NCBI GenBank assembly: GCA_020622085.1
Contig: JAHRYM010000001.1
Coordinates: forward strand, 2,411,697 to 2,475,696
Source: Paracoccaceae bacterium
GTDB taxonomy: Bacteria > Pseudomonadota > Alphaproteobacteria > Rhodobacterales > Rhodobacteraceae
Length of the DNA stretch: 64,000 nt
Direction: 5' to 3'
Of this stretch, positions 55,365 through 64,000 are shown in pieces (position 1 is the first letter of the stretch; the number at the start of each line of letters is the position of its first letter). The notes beneath the pieces were generated by a model. That model was given only the letters and a program-made list of their open reading frames with translations. It was not told the DNA's origin and searched no databases. The translations under genes were made by a program, and so were the position numbers.

Positions 55365-56021
55365 TCAGAGCAGCAGAGCATTCTCTTTTGTGCAAAGGCC
55401 GGAAAGCAGCTGTGTAGGATCATGTGATACCACTTGGTAGCCTGTGTCGTCACGCACGGCACAAAAGAGCAGGGGATACAGTAAGTTTCCGTACGTGTTA
55501 CGGAACACATTGGTATCCTTCCCTCGCGGAGGGTGAAGTTGGAAGTTATTGCTCCGAATAACCCCGGAGATCCTATCCTTATACCAGTTTTCGCACATTA
55601 GGCGAAATTCAGTATCGGCCTGCGTCCTTACCACCCAAATTCTGCAGCGGGATTGCCCTATGCTACTTTTATCCCAAAGGACAAAATATAGAAAAGGCAT
55701 CTGGTCCAAAGATTCAATACTGTCGGATGAAGCAGCTTGTGTGCCCGCTTTTATCACGCCGTTGAATCTCGGAGTATCAATCGCTTCCCACGTGTTCGCC
55801 CCTTTGACATCGGAGCCATCATCTAGGTCGGCTCCCTTCTTCCTTTCGAGGCCTTTGATGCCAGTGAGAACGCTGACAAGAATCTGAGACCAACCCCGGG
55901 TGTCCATCGGGACTGGGTGACCAGTTTCTCGCGCCACATCAACAACCGAATAGAAAGCATCATAGTGCTCATCAAGCAGTCGAAGCGATTTCGCTACTCT
56001 AGTTTTCGTTTCTTCGCTCAT
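55365..56021 (-). CDS. Type II restriction endonuclease candidate (PD-(D/E)XK-like)
   Basis: KGADLDDGSDVKGA resembles a D...(D/E)xK catalytic core. The gene starts inside the 3' end of the C-protein gene, is low-GC, and is divergent from the MTase. Confidence 0.55.
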   Translation of the reverse strand: MSEETKTRVAKSLRLLDEHYDAFYSVVDVARETGHPVPMDTRGWSQILVSVLTGIKGLERKKGADLDDGSDVKGANTWEAIDTPRFNGVIKAGTQAASSDSIESLDQMPFLYFVLWDKSSIGQSRCRIWVVRTQADTEFRLMCENWYKDRISGVIRSNNFQLHPPRGKDTNVFRNTYGNLLYPLLFCAVRDDTGYQVVSHDPTQLLSGLCTKENALLL

Positions 56022-56229
56022 ATCGCTCAACTAAGTCACCAAGCCTTATGCCTAAGCCCGCCGCTATCTCCGTAAGTGTCACGAAGGAAAGATTCACTTC
56101 GCCACGCTCGATCTCGCCAATGTGAGACCGCGACACACTCGCCAAGTCTGCGAGTGCCTCTTGTGAGAGGCCTCGCCGTTCTCGCTCTGCTCGGACAACC
56201 TCTCCAAGTATCTGTAAGTTCGCCATCAT
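55999..56229 (-). CDS. XRE-family HTH controller (C) protein of the R-M system
   Basis: A 76-aa ORF: RERRGLSQEALADLASVSRSHIGEIERGEVNLSFVTLTEIAAGLG. Lies upstream of and overlaps the endonuclease gene. Confidence 0.75.
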   Translation of the reverse strand: MMANLQILGEVVRAERERRGLSQEALADLASVSRSHIGEIERGEVNLSFVTLTEIAAGLGIRLGDLVERYERRNEN

Positions 56230-56303
56230 TTACCGTTTGCAACAACTGCCTTCCGCGTGCTACAGGCTATCGGCGGCAGATTTGATTGTTATCGAGGAAA
56301 AGC

Positions 56304-58259
56304 ATGGCAGACCTGATCGAACGCGTTGAACAACCCTACCGTGCCATCTACGATGCCCTACATGATGTGAGGGAGACTTTCCATCGCGAGGGGCGCATCA
56401 GCGACGCAAATGCGAAGCTCGACGAGACTGTCAAACTGCTGGCCGTTCACTACGGCTACATCGTCGGAATACTGGGATCAGAGCAGTACCTGGCACTAAG
56501 AAGCCGCCAGACTTTCAGCGTCAAGTTGCTTAACTCGGCCTTCCAAACGGTTGCAGAATCACCGATTTTCTTCCGGGCTGGTATGGGTTCGATCTTCGGC
56601 AAGCCACCCAGCCTGAGCTTCGAGGAGGGTGACAGCAATATTGCGTTCTCTCTATTTAATGCGACTGGGCAGGCACTCGATGCTCAAGTCGCCTCGGGGT
56701 CCGATCTCGACATCTTGAATGAAGCGTTTGGACATCACGTCCGTGACAACTTCCGTAGTCACATTGAAGACGCACAGTACATGACGCCACCTGAGGTTGT
56801 AAACTTCATGGTGGAAGCTGCCTTGCTAGAAGCGCGGGTCGGGACGGAAGCTGATCCACTCATAGTAGTAGATCCGTCATGTGGGGTTGGATCCTTCCTG
56901 ACAGCTTTCCGAGCGGCATACGCAAGAAAGCATGGCAGCAACGCGGCGCAACATATTCGCTGCATTGGCCAAGACAAGATCGAAAGAATGGTCCGTCTTA
57001 CAGCCTTGAATTTTGTCTTTGCTGACAATCGTCAAGACGACGTGTTCTTGGGTAACACGATACTCGACAATGCGCCATTGGCAGACATCAATGGAAAAGT
57101 AGATCTGATCCTGACCAACCCCCCTTTCGGAGCACGTTTCGAGATCGATTTTCTTCGGCACAACAGCCTGAGAAGTACTCCATTCTTCGCTAAAAAAGTA
57201 GCTTCCACGAAAACGGTGGACTCGGAACTTCTGTTTGTGGACAGGTATCTTGCGCTTCTCCGTTCTGGTGGAGTTTGTATGGCAGTTGTCCCGGATGGAG
57301 TGGTCTCGGCCAAAGGGACCGCTGCTTTGCTCCGACAGCATGTATCAAGGGTTGCTCAACTGTTTTCCGTGGTTGAGTTACCTCCGGTCACATTTGCTCA
57401 GGCTGGCACAAGAACAAAGACCACTATAATGGCGTTTCGAAACAGCCCACCAAAGCGTTCCTATCCAGTTTTTTTTGCTGAGTCGCATGATCTTGGCTTT
57501 CAAGTTTCAAAGCGAAAGGGCGTTCCCGTCAAGAAGTCAGTTGGGAAGAATGATCTTTCGCAAATTCTTGCGGCATATCGAAGCGAGAAAACGGCACAGC
57601 TTCCAGCCGCTAATAGCATCGGTCGCTGGGTCGAGATTGATCCCTCCGCCCTTGAGGCGTGGACACCACGATCAATTCTATTTGATCCCCGATCCGTGAG
57701 TGGATCATCTGACTGTGCTCTTGTTCCTCTAAAAGACCTGACCACAGGTCAGATCAAGCGTCGAACTCGCAGCCATAGCAGCGAGAATTATTTCATCAGC
57801 GTTCTTCACATTATCGGGGAAGGTATTCTTGATATTCCAGGCATCAAGAGTTACGAACCAATTACTCCGGGAGTGCCTGTGCACCCGGGAGAAGTTATCA
57901 TATCTAGGATAAATCCGAGAATTCCGCGCGCTGCTGTGGTGCCAGACTTGGGTCGTGATCTTCTCTGCTCGTCGGAATATGAGGTGATCAAGCCAAAGGA
58001 GGGTGTATCGCCCTACCTGCTTTGTTTCCTTTTGCTCTCATCATCGGTGCAGGTTCAAATCCAGTCCCTTACCGCTGGCACATCAGCGTCTCACAGCAGG
58101 ATCAAGCCAGGCAGAATTCTTGAAGCGCTTGTTCCTGATTTGCCATCGGCGGTCAAACTGTTGGGCGACGACCTGCTTGGCGATTATGAGAGTGCTTGCA
58201 GGAAAATGACTGAATCGCTTGTAAGGATTGAGACCATCAGATCATCGTCACGGGTCTGA
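56304..58259 (+). CDS. N6-adenine DNA methyltransferase (HsdM-like core) fused to an HsdS-like target-recognition domain
   Basis: VVDPSCGVGSFL and LILTNPPFGARF (NPPF). The C-terminal ~200 aa resembles a type I S-subunit TRD. ATG 56304 with a GAGGAAAA RBS. Confidence 0.85.
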   Translation: MADLIERVEQPYRAIYDALHDVRETFHREGRISDANAKLDETVKLLAVHYGYIVGILGSEQYLALRSRQTFSVKLLNSAFQTVAESPIFFRAGMGSIFGKPPSLSFEEGDSNIAFSLFNATGQALDAQVASGSDLDILNEAFGHHVRDNFRSHIEDAQYMTPPEVVNFMVEAALLEARVGTEADPLIVVDPSCGVGSFLTAFRAAYARKHGSNAAQHIRCIGQDKIERMVRLTALNFVFADNRQDDVFLGNTILDNAPLADINGKVDLILTNPPFGARFEIDFLRHNSLRSTPFFAKKVASTKTVDSELLFVDRYLALLRSGGVCMAVVPDGVVSAKGTAALLRQHVSRVAQLFSVVELPPVTFAQAGTRTKTTIMAFRNSPPKRSYPVFFAESHDLGFQVSKRKGVPVKKSVGKNDLSQILAAYRSEKTAQLPAANSIGRWVEIDPSALEAWTPRSILFDPRSVSGSSDCALVPLKDLTTGQIKRRTRSHSSENYFISVLHIIGEGILDIPGIKSYEPITPGVPVHPGEVIISRINPRIPRAAVVPDLGRDLLCSSEYEVIKPKEGVSPYLLCFLLLSSSVQVQIQSLTAGTSASHSRIKPGRILEALVPDLPSAVKLLGDDLLGDYESACRKMTESLVRIETIRSSSRV

Positions 58260-58478
58260 TCAACTCTCGAAAATTACCAATAGATTGCCGCCCCCGTGCC
58301 ATGCGATTCTCCCAGCATGCTCAGCCTGATTCCACCGTCTATTTGCCCCCCAAGCACTCGTGCGTATTGTGCTGCTGTTCGTGGTCAGCATTGGGAAGAT
58401 GCCCAGTTACCGAACATTTCCGGCGCTTCCCAACCGCTCTGATACCCCGGAGGCGCTGGAAATGAGACAATCCGTGCC

Positions 58479-59888
58479 ATGCGGACGCTCCTTCATCGCC
58501 TTTTCGGGTTCACGCGCACGCGCGGCTTTGATGCTGCGGGCGGTGGTCGGCGTTGGGAAGGCGCGCGGACGGTCGATGGGCTAAACACGGCAATCCTTGC
58601 AGGGGCGACCACGGCAGCGCGGCGGGCCGGGTGGTATGCGCGCAACAACCCTTGGGTCGCGGCAGCAGTTGACAGCCTGGTGGGCAATGTCGTCGGCGCG
58701 GGGATCAAGCCACAGTCCACCCATCCCGATAGGGCGGTTCGCGAGCGGCTGCAGGTTCTGTGGCTGCGCTGGACGGATCATGCTGACCCGGGTGGTCTGG
58801 CGGATTTCTATGGGCTTCAGGCGATGGCCGTGCGGGGAATGATTGAGGGCGGTGAGAGTTTTGCCCGCCTCCGTGTGGTACCTGACGCCTCTGCCGTCCC
58901 CCTTCACATCGACCTGCTGGACCGGGACCAAGTGCCGCTGGACCTGCACCGCGATATCGGCGGTGGCGCACGCATCCGGGCGGGGATCGAGTTCAACGGC
59001 GCTGGGCATCGCACGGCCTTTTGGGTGATGCGCGACCGACCCGGCGATCCGCTGACCTCCCTGCGGCTGGAACCGCTGCGCTTGCCCGCGACCGATTGCC
59101 TGCATCTGTTCAAGCCACTGGCAGCTGGACAATTGCGCGGGATCACCTGGCTGGCCCCGGTGCTGCTGCGGTTGCACGAGTTGGACCAGTTCGAGGATGC
59201 AGCGCTGGTGAAGGCCAAGGTCGCGGCTTTGTTCACGGGCTTCATCACCGATCCGGATGGCACGGCGGGCGGCCTCTCCGGCACCAACACCAACGGCGCG
59301 CTGACCGTGGGCATGGAACCCGGCAGCCTGATCCCCCTGCCGCCCGGCACCGACATCCGGTTTTCCAACCCGACCGAGAGCGATGCCTACGGGCCTTTCG
59401 TCAAGAACCACCTGCGCGCCGTGGCTGCAGGGATGGGTCTGCCGTACGAGCTGGTTTCAGGCGATCTGGAGGGCGTCACCTATTCCTCAATCCGTGCCGG
59501 GCTGATCGAATTTCGCCGCCGCGTCGAGCAGTTGCAGCACAACGTCGTCGTGCACCTGTTCTGCCGTCCGGTCTGGGACCGCTTCGTGCGACTGGCGGTT
59601 CTGTCGGGCGACCTGCCCGCGCGGGACTTCGACCGCGATCCTGCCGCCTATCTTGGGTGCGAATGGCTCCCGCCAAAGTTCGACTACGTCGATCCCAAGA
59701 AGGACGTCGAGGCCGAGATCCTCGCCATCAACGCTGGTCTCAAAAGCCGCCGCCAGGCGATTTCTGAACGGGGCTACGACGCCGAACAGGTCGATGCCGA
59801 GATCGCCGCCGACAAGGCACGCACGGATGCGCTGGGCCTGAGCTTCGGTGCGCCGCCTGTCCGGAAGGAGGACATCCCCGATGAATGA
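58479..59888 (+). CDS. Portal protein, lambda family
   Basis: ARNNPWVAAAVDSLVGNVVGAGIKPQS and LADFYGLQ blocks. Alignable to 16490..17986. Confidence 0.9.
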   Translation: MRTLLHRLFGFTRTRGFDAAGGGRRWEGARTVDGLNTAILAGATTAARRAGWYARNNPWVAAAVDSLVGNVVGAGIKPQSTHPDRAVRERLQVLWLRWTDHADPGGLADFYGLQAMAVRGMIEGGESFARLRVVPDASAVPLHIDLLDRDQVPLDLHRDIGGGARIRAGIEFNGAGHRTAFWVMRDRPGDPLTSLRLEPLRLPATDCLHLFKPLAAGQLRGITWLAPVLLRLHELDQFEDAALVKAKVAALFTGFITDPDGTAGGLSGTNTNGALTVGMEPGSLIPLPPGTDIRFSNPTESDAYGPFVKNHLRAVAAGMGLPYELVSGDLEGVTYSSIRAGLIEFRRRVEQLQHNVVVHLFCRPVWDRFVRLAVLSGDLPARDFDRDPAAYLGCEWLPPKFDYVDPKKDVEAEILAINAGLKSRRQAISERGYDAEQVDAEIAADKARTDALGLSFGAPPVRKEDIPDE

Positions 59889-61683
59889 CACCGTCACCCT
59901 GATGATCCGCCGCGCCGACCTGGCTCCGGCCAGCGCCAACCGCGATGATCGTACTGTCGAGGTGATCTGGTCCACCGGCGCGCCCGTGCGCCGCCGCGAC
60001 ATGGCTGGCCAGTACATCGAACGCCTCAGCCTTGCGCCCGAGGCGGTGGACCTGTCGCGGCTGCAAGGGGCCAGCGTGCTGGATGCCCACCGGCAATCCG
60101 CTGTCCGCGATGTTCTGGGCAGCGTGCAATCCGCCGCCGTCGATGGTCAGCGTGGCACGGCGCTGATCCGCTTCTCGTCGCGTCCTGAGGTGGAACCGCT
60201 CTGGCAGGACGTCCTGTCCGGGATCCTGCGCCATGTGTCCGTCGGCTATTCGGTCGAGGAATGGGCCGAGACTGCCGAGAACGGCGCGCGCGTGCTGACC
60301 GCCGTGCGCTGGACACCCCACGAGATTTCCGTTGTCCCCACCCCGGCTGACCCCGGCGCACATATCCGCATGGAGACCAAGATGACCGACACCACCATCA
60401 CGCCTGCACCACCCGAAACGCAGACCCGCGCCACGATCAACACCGAAATCCGCTCCATCGCCCGCATTGCCGGGTTGGACCAAGCTTGGATCGACGGCCA
60501 AATCGACGCCGCCGCCGATGCAGACACCGCCCGCCGTGCGGCCTTTGAGGCGCTGGCAACCCGCAGTGCGCCCACGATCCGCACCGAGCAGGTCCGCGTC
60601 GAGATGGGCGAGAGCCATGATGACCCGGCCCTGCGTGCCCGACAGATGGGCGAGGCTCTGTATGCCCGGATCAACCCGCGCCACGAGCTTTCCGAACCCG
60701 CCCGCCGCTATGCTTATGCCACGCCGGTGGACATGGCCAAGGAACTGCTGACCCTGCGTGGCGAGTCCACGATGGCCTTATCGCCCGCCAGCCTTGTGAC
60801 CCGTGCCCTGCACACAACCTCGGATTTCCCGATCATCCTCGGTAACACCGTGGGCCGCGTGCTGCGCGATGCCTACCAGGCCGCGCCTTCTGGCATCCGC
60901 CGTCTTGGCCGTCAGACCTCGGCGCGGGATTTCCGGTCGGTGAACAAGATCATGCTGGGCGAAGCGCCGCTGCTGGAAAAGCTGAACGAGCACGGCGAGA
61001 TCAAGGCCGGGACGATGGCCGAGGCGCGCGAGGCCTACAAGATTGAGACCTGGGCCAAGAAGATCGGCATCACGCGGCAGGTGCTGGTGAACGACGACCT
61101 CGGGGCCTTCTCGGACCTTGCCCGCCGCATGGGCCAGGGGGCGGCAGAAACGGAGGCGCGGATCCTCGTCACCCTGCTGGAAGCGAACAGCGGCAACGGC
61201 CCGACCCTGTCGGACACGAAAGCCCTGTTCCATGTCGATCACGGCAACAAGGCGGCGAGCGGCGCTGTGATTTCCGATGCCACGCTTTCCGCCGCCCGGC
61301 TGGCGCTGCGCACCCAGAAAGGTATCGACGGGCGCATCATCCGGGTGACGCCGAAAAACCTGCTGGTCCCGCCCGCGCTTGAGACCGTGGCCGAGAAGTG
61401 GCTGGCGACCATCGCACCCGCTACCGCAGCTGATGTGAACCCCTTCTCGGGTGCCATGTCGCTGGTGGTCGAACCACGCCTGTCCAGTGCAACCCGCTGG
61501 TATGTGACCGCCGACCCCGGCGAGATCGACGGCCTCGAGTTCGCCTACCTCTCAGGCAACGAGGGGCCCCAGGTGGAAAGCCGGTCGGGCTGGGATGTGG
61601 ATGGCGTGGAAATCCGGGTGATCCTAGACTTCGGCGCAGGCTTCATCGACCACCGCGGCTGGTTCCAGAACGCGGGCGCGTAA
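59881..61683 (+). CDS. Prohead protease / major capsid protein fusion
   Basis: The N-terminal ~180 aa resembles an HK97-type prohead protease (VLDAHR..., HEISVVPTPADP). The C-terminal ~400 aa is capsid-like. ATGAATGA overlap with portal. Confidence 0.75.
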   Translation: MNDTVTLMIRRADLAPASANRDDRTVEVIWSTGAPVRRRDMAGQYIERLSLAPEAVDLSRLQGASVLDAHRQSAVRDVLGSVQSAAVDGQRGTALIRFSSRPEVEPLWQDVLSGILRHVSVGYSVEEWAETAENGARVLTAVRWTPHEISVVPTPADPGAHIRMETKMTDTTITPAPPETQTRATINTEIRSIARIAGLDQAWIDGQIDAAADADTARRAAFEALATRSAPTIRTEQVRVEMGESHDDPALRARQMGEALYARINPRHELSEPARRYAYATPVDMAKELLTLRGESTMALSPASLVTRALHTTSDFPIILGNTVGRVLRDAYQAAPSGIRRLGRQTSARDFRSVNKIMLGEAPLLEKLNEHGEIKAGTMAEAREAYKIETWAKKIGITRQVLVNDDLGAFSDLARRMGQGAAETEARILVTLLEANSGNGPTLSDTKALFHVDHGNKAASGAVISDATLSAARLALRTQKGIDGRIIRVTPKNLLVPPALETVAEKWLATIAPATAADVNPFSGAMSLVVEPRLSSATRWYVTADPGEIDGLEFAYLSGNEGPQVESRSGWDVDGVEIRVILDFGAGFIDHRGWFQNAGA

Positions 61684-61892
61684 TGGCAGACCTCGCCCAA
61701 CTCACCGCCTGGCGCGATGCCCTGATGGCCGCCCGCTATCAGGGCATCCGCACCGTCGAATACGACGGCAAGCGGGTCACCTATGCGACCGACGCAGAAA
61801 TGGCGGCCGCGCTGGGCGACTTGAACCGCCAGATCACCGGCACCACGGCGCGGATCGCCGTGGTCCGAATCCAATCCTCGAAAGGGCTTTGA
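61683..61892 (+). CDS. gpW-like head-tail joining protein
   Basis: A 69-aa ORF alignable with 16271..16486 (ARY.G.R.V.YDGK...Y..D.E...A..DL...I). Confidence 0.65.
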   Translation: MADLAQLTAWRDALMAARYQGIRTVEYDGKRVTYATDAEMAAALGDLNRQITGTTARIAVVRIQSSKGL

Positions 61893-61894
61893 CC

Positions 61895-62239
61895 ATGAAG
61901 AACCATATTCAGAAAGGCGACGTCATCACCGTGCCCGCTCCCGCAGGCGGCATCGCCTCTGGCGAGGGGGCGATCATCGGCAACATCTTCGGCATCGCCG
62001 CCTATGCGGCCGCCGTGGGCGAACCGGTCGAACTGTCCACCGTCGGCGTCTATCAGCTGCCAAAAGCAACCGCTGCGGTTCTGACGGTCGGCGCCCGCGT
62101 GGCTTGGGACAACACGGCCAAGAACATCAACTTGCCTGGCACCGGGCGCTTCCCTGTCGGGATTGCGACCGAGGCAGCAGGGAACAGCATCACCAGCGTG
62201 GCAGTTCGGCTGGACGGCGTGGGGACCGTGGCAGCATGA
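61895..62239 (+). CDS. DUF2190-family capsid decoration/cement-like protein
   Basis: About 115 aa. IQKGDVITVPAPAGGIASGEG...VGVYQLPKA...GARVAWD is typical of DUF2190. Confidence 0.65.
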   Translation: MKNHIQKGDVITVPAPAGGIASGEGAIIGNIFGIAAYAAAVGEPVELSTVGVYQLPKATAAVLTVGARVAWDNTAKNINLPGTGRFPVGIATEAAGNSITSVAVRLDGVGTVAA

Positions 62240-62550
62240 TGGAGCGAGATATCCGCGCCGTCCTGGATGGTCTCACCCTGTTGGTCGCGGACACGAAGGG
62301 GGCGAGCCAGCTTGACACGATGCGCAACTACGCAGCCATCGTGGGCTTGTGCGTCGATCTCCGGAGGTCGGCTACTGAATACAATGGGACATGGAACATC
62401 ACCATGGTCATCGGTGAGTTGGAGAACCATATGGCGGCGGTCGCCGGGCTGTTCCCGACTTGGGACTTGCCGCAGGATCAACACCGCGTGGGCGCACACG
62501 CTGCCATCAGCAAACTGGCCATGGGCACGTGCTTTGGCCTGACAGTCTAG
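62236..62550 (+). CDS. Hypothetical protein
   Basis: ATGA-coupled to the previous gene. No motif. Confidence 0.4.
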   Translation: MMERDIRAVLDGLTLLVADTKGASQLDTMRNYAAIVGLCVDLRRSATEYNGTWNITMVIGELENHMAAVAGLFPTWDLPQDQHRVGAHAAISKLAMGTCFGLTV

Positions 62551-62563
62551 GCCGCAGAGATGT

Positions 62564-62779
62564 TCATTTGGCGTGCTCGCCCTCGCGGAACGCCAGGTCG
62601 GTTATTTCGCGGAGGCGGGCGCGATAGTGGTCCAGCGTACCGACATGGCCCCAGTTCACTTCCTCGGGGCTGTAGCCGAAGTGGTCGGCGCTATGCGCCA
62701 CCAGCCGCGCCAGCATCACGTCGATTTCGGCCTTGGCGGCTATGAAGGCGTCCAGCGCGGCGTCGTTGATCTTGGGCAT
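62564..62779 (-). CDS. Conserved small phage protein (EVNWGHVG motif), paralogue of 13349..13612
   Basis: A 71-aa ORF alignable over its full length to the prophage-1 copy. Confidence 0.6.
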   Translation of the reverse strand: MPKINDAALDAFIAAKAEIDVMLARLVAHSADHFGYSPEEVNWGHVGTLDHYRARLREITDLAFREGEHAK

Positions 62780-62899
62780 GATGGTCCCCGAGTTGGTTTC
62801 GGGGACATGACGGCTTGATCATCCTCATATGCCAAGTTGTTTTCAGACCGCATTTCGGTGTTTCATGGAGTTGATCCGCAAAACCGGAATGATTGCCCA

Positions 62900-63982
62900 A
62901 TGCTTGCCAAAGCCCTGCTCGACATACTTGAACCGGCCTATCAACCCTGCGCGCATTTCGCGGGCGCGTGTGCTGGTGCCTGCGTGTGGGAACCATCACG
63001 GGGTCTCGTCCCTTGCGCCTTTGGCGGTGCTACCGGCACACTTGACGAGGTACGACTGATCATCGTGACGGCGGAACCAGGCGATCCGCCAGACAGCACA
63101 GGGTATATGGGCACGTCAAAGGACATGGTCCACAACTCGCTGCGCATCTTTCACGAAGCGATGCGTAGCGGTGGTATCGACAGGGCCGGTCGCCCGACAC
63201 CCTTTCATCGGAACATGCGGCGTATCCTCGATGCCTTCTGGCCGAACGAGAGCCTCGATACGCAACTGCGCAAAACGTGGACGACAAATGCCGTCCTCTG
63301 CCCTGCCGAGGTATCGGGCAGTAAACACCTCGCACGCGTCGAACAGGCGTGTACTCAGACGTATCTCGCCCGTCAGTTGGACCTGTTCCCGCTCGCCTTC
63401 ATCCTGGCGCTGGGCGGCAAGGCGCGTGACCGCATGCAGGCGGCCGGATTGAGGTGCAATGCTGTGGGAATCCACCCAAGTGCACGGTCGTCCGACGCTG
63501 ACAAGTCGGCATCTTGGGAAGCCGCAGCACGCCTGTTCCGCGGTGCGCTATCGGACGAGATTGCGTCCCCAGAAGCGGCACGGCCTCCGACGATGTCATC
63601 TCAACGGTTAGAGAAAGCAGCCCAATCACCGAGACCAGAAGTCTCCAGTGATCTGCAAGCTGCGATCATGGCGCTCCCTCCGGGCATCGGCAACTTTTTC
63701 CAACGCGTGATTGATCATCCGGACTATGACTGCCAAGCGGGGCGGATGCAGTTGATGGTGTCGTTCAGGGGGGCAAAGGTGGGTGGTCTGAACCGTCAGG
63801 CAGCGCACTGGTATTTCTCGAAGGTTTTCGTCCGTGACCATGGCGATCCGGACAGCATGGCGACGCATGGTTTCAAGCACGTCGTGCACAACGAGAAGCA
63901 CGACTACTGGATGGCCCAAGGACTCGGGGCGCAGGCAGCGTTTGAAGAAGCCATCGTCGCAATGACCGGGGTGCGCCCGTGA
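62900..63982 (+). CDS. Uracil-DNA-glycosylase-superfamily domain fused to an unknown ~150-aa C-terminal domain
   Basis: UDG family-4-like blocks LIIVTAEPGDPP, WTTNAVLCPA, FILALGGKA and GIHPSARS. N-terminal Cys cluster. The start is uncertain (TTG 62837 or ATG 62900). Confidence 0.55.
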   Translation: MLAKALLDILEPAYQPCAHFAGACAGACVWEPSRGLVPCAFGGATGTLDEVRLIIVTAEPGDPPDSTGYMGTSKDMVHNSLRIFHEAMRSGGIDRAGRPTPFHRNMRRILDAFWPNESLDTQLRKTWTTNAVLCPAEVSGSKHLARVEQACTQTYLARQLDLFPLAFILALGGKARDRMQAAGLRCNAVGIHPSARSSDADKSASWEAAARLFRGALSDEIASPEAARPPTMSSQRLEKAAQSPRPEVSSDLQAAIMALPPGIGNFFQRVIDHPDYDCQAGRMQLMVSFRGAKVGGLNRQAAHWYFSKVFVRDHGDPDSMATHGFKHVVHNEKHDYWMAQGLGAQAAFEEAIVAMTGVRP

Positions 63983-64000
63983 TCTACTCGCGTCCGCTCA

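Larger units (their letters stand above)
46729..64000. mobile_element. Integrative phage-like element 2 (right end not in window): att fragment, cargo operon, integrase, AlpA-like, primase, packaging and capsid genes, no tail genes seen
   Basis: The tRNA fragment is followed by lower-GC DNA, a tyrosine integrase, a P4-type primase, terS/terL, portal, a protease-capsid fusion, gpW and DUF2190. Confidence 0.75.

Noticed and set aside
56230-56303. C-box operator for the controller protein
   Set aside because: No convincing symmetric C-box-like dyad could be found by eye in the C/M intergenic region.

Overview
High-GC DNA, probably alphaproteobacterial (the tail genes resemble RcGTA-type genes of Rhodobacterales). 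Almost all of it is accessory. There are four blocks. (1) 1-36.2 kb is prophage 1, whose left end lies outside the window. It has an initiator-like gene with internal iterons, a disrupted C5-MTase, a low-GC type II R-M islet (N6-MTase plus PLD-family nuclease), two tandem ParB-domain/MTase fusions, and a three-recombinase RIT element inserted cleanly into a DUF3489 gene. Its late region has a lambda-like head module (terS, gpA-type terL, gpW, portal, S49 protease, gpD/gpE-like), a RelE/ParE-RHH toxin-antitoxin moron, a tail chaperone with an A_AAA_AAC -1 frameshift, a tape measure, an RcGTA g12-g15-like distal tail, a DUF2793 fibre and a lysis cassette. (2) 36.3-46.6 kb is a metal island. One part is a pbr/znt-like set (MerR-type regulator, P1B-ATPase, ICMT-like, LspA, DsbB, DsbA). 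The other is a copper/manganese set (DtxR/MntR-type regulator, multicopper oxidase, ZIP, SCO, PCuAC, SCO, DUF411). (3) 46729-46773 is a 45-nt 3' fragment of a tRNA-Met gene, read as an att core. (4) 46.8-64 kb is a second integrative phage-like element. It carries a two-gene HhH-glycosylase-like/GIY-YIG-like operon, an integrase, an AlpA-like gene, a P4-type primase-helicase, a nested palindrome (candidate ori), terS and terL. A low-GC C-R-M restriction islet sits between terL and portal. After portal come a protease/capsid fusion, gpW, DUF2190 and a UDG-fold fusion protein. No tail gene is visible up to the window edge. The most interesting leads are the glycosylase-like plus GIY-YIG operon beside the integrase, the apparently tail-less capsid-encoding element (a cf-PICI-like satellite candidate), the UDG-fold fusion protein, the freshly inserted RIT element, and three unannotated repeat architectures (451-647, 6185-6358, 52668-52894). 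No rRNA, intact tRNA or CRISPR array was seen. All calls come from reading motifs by eye; no database search was run.
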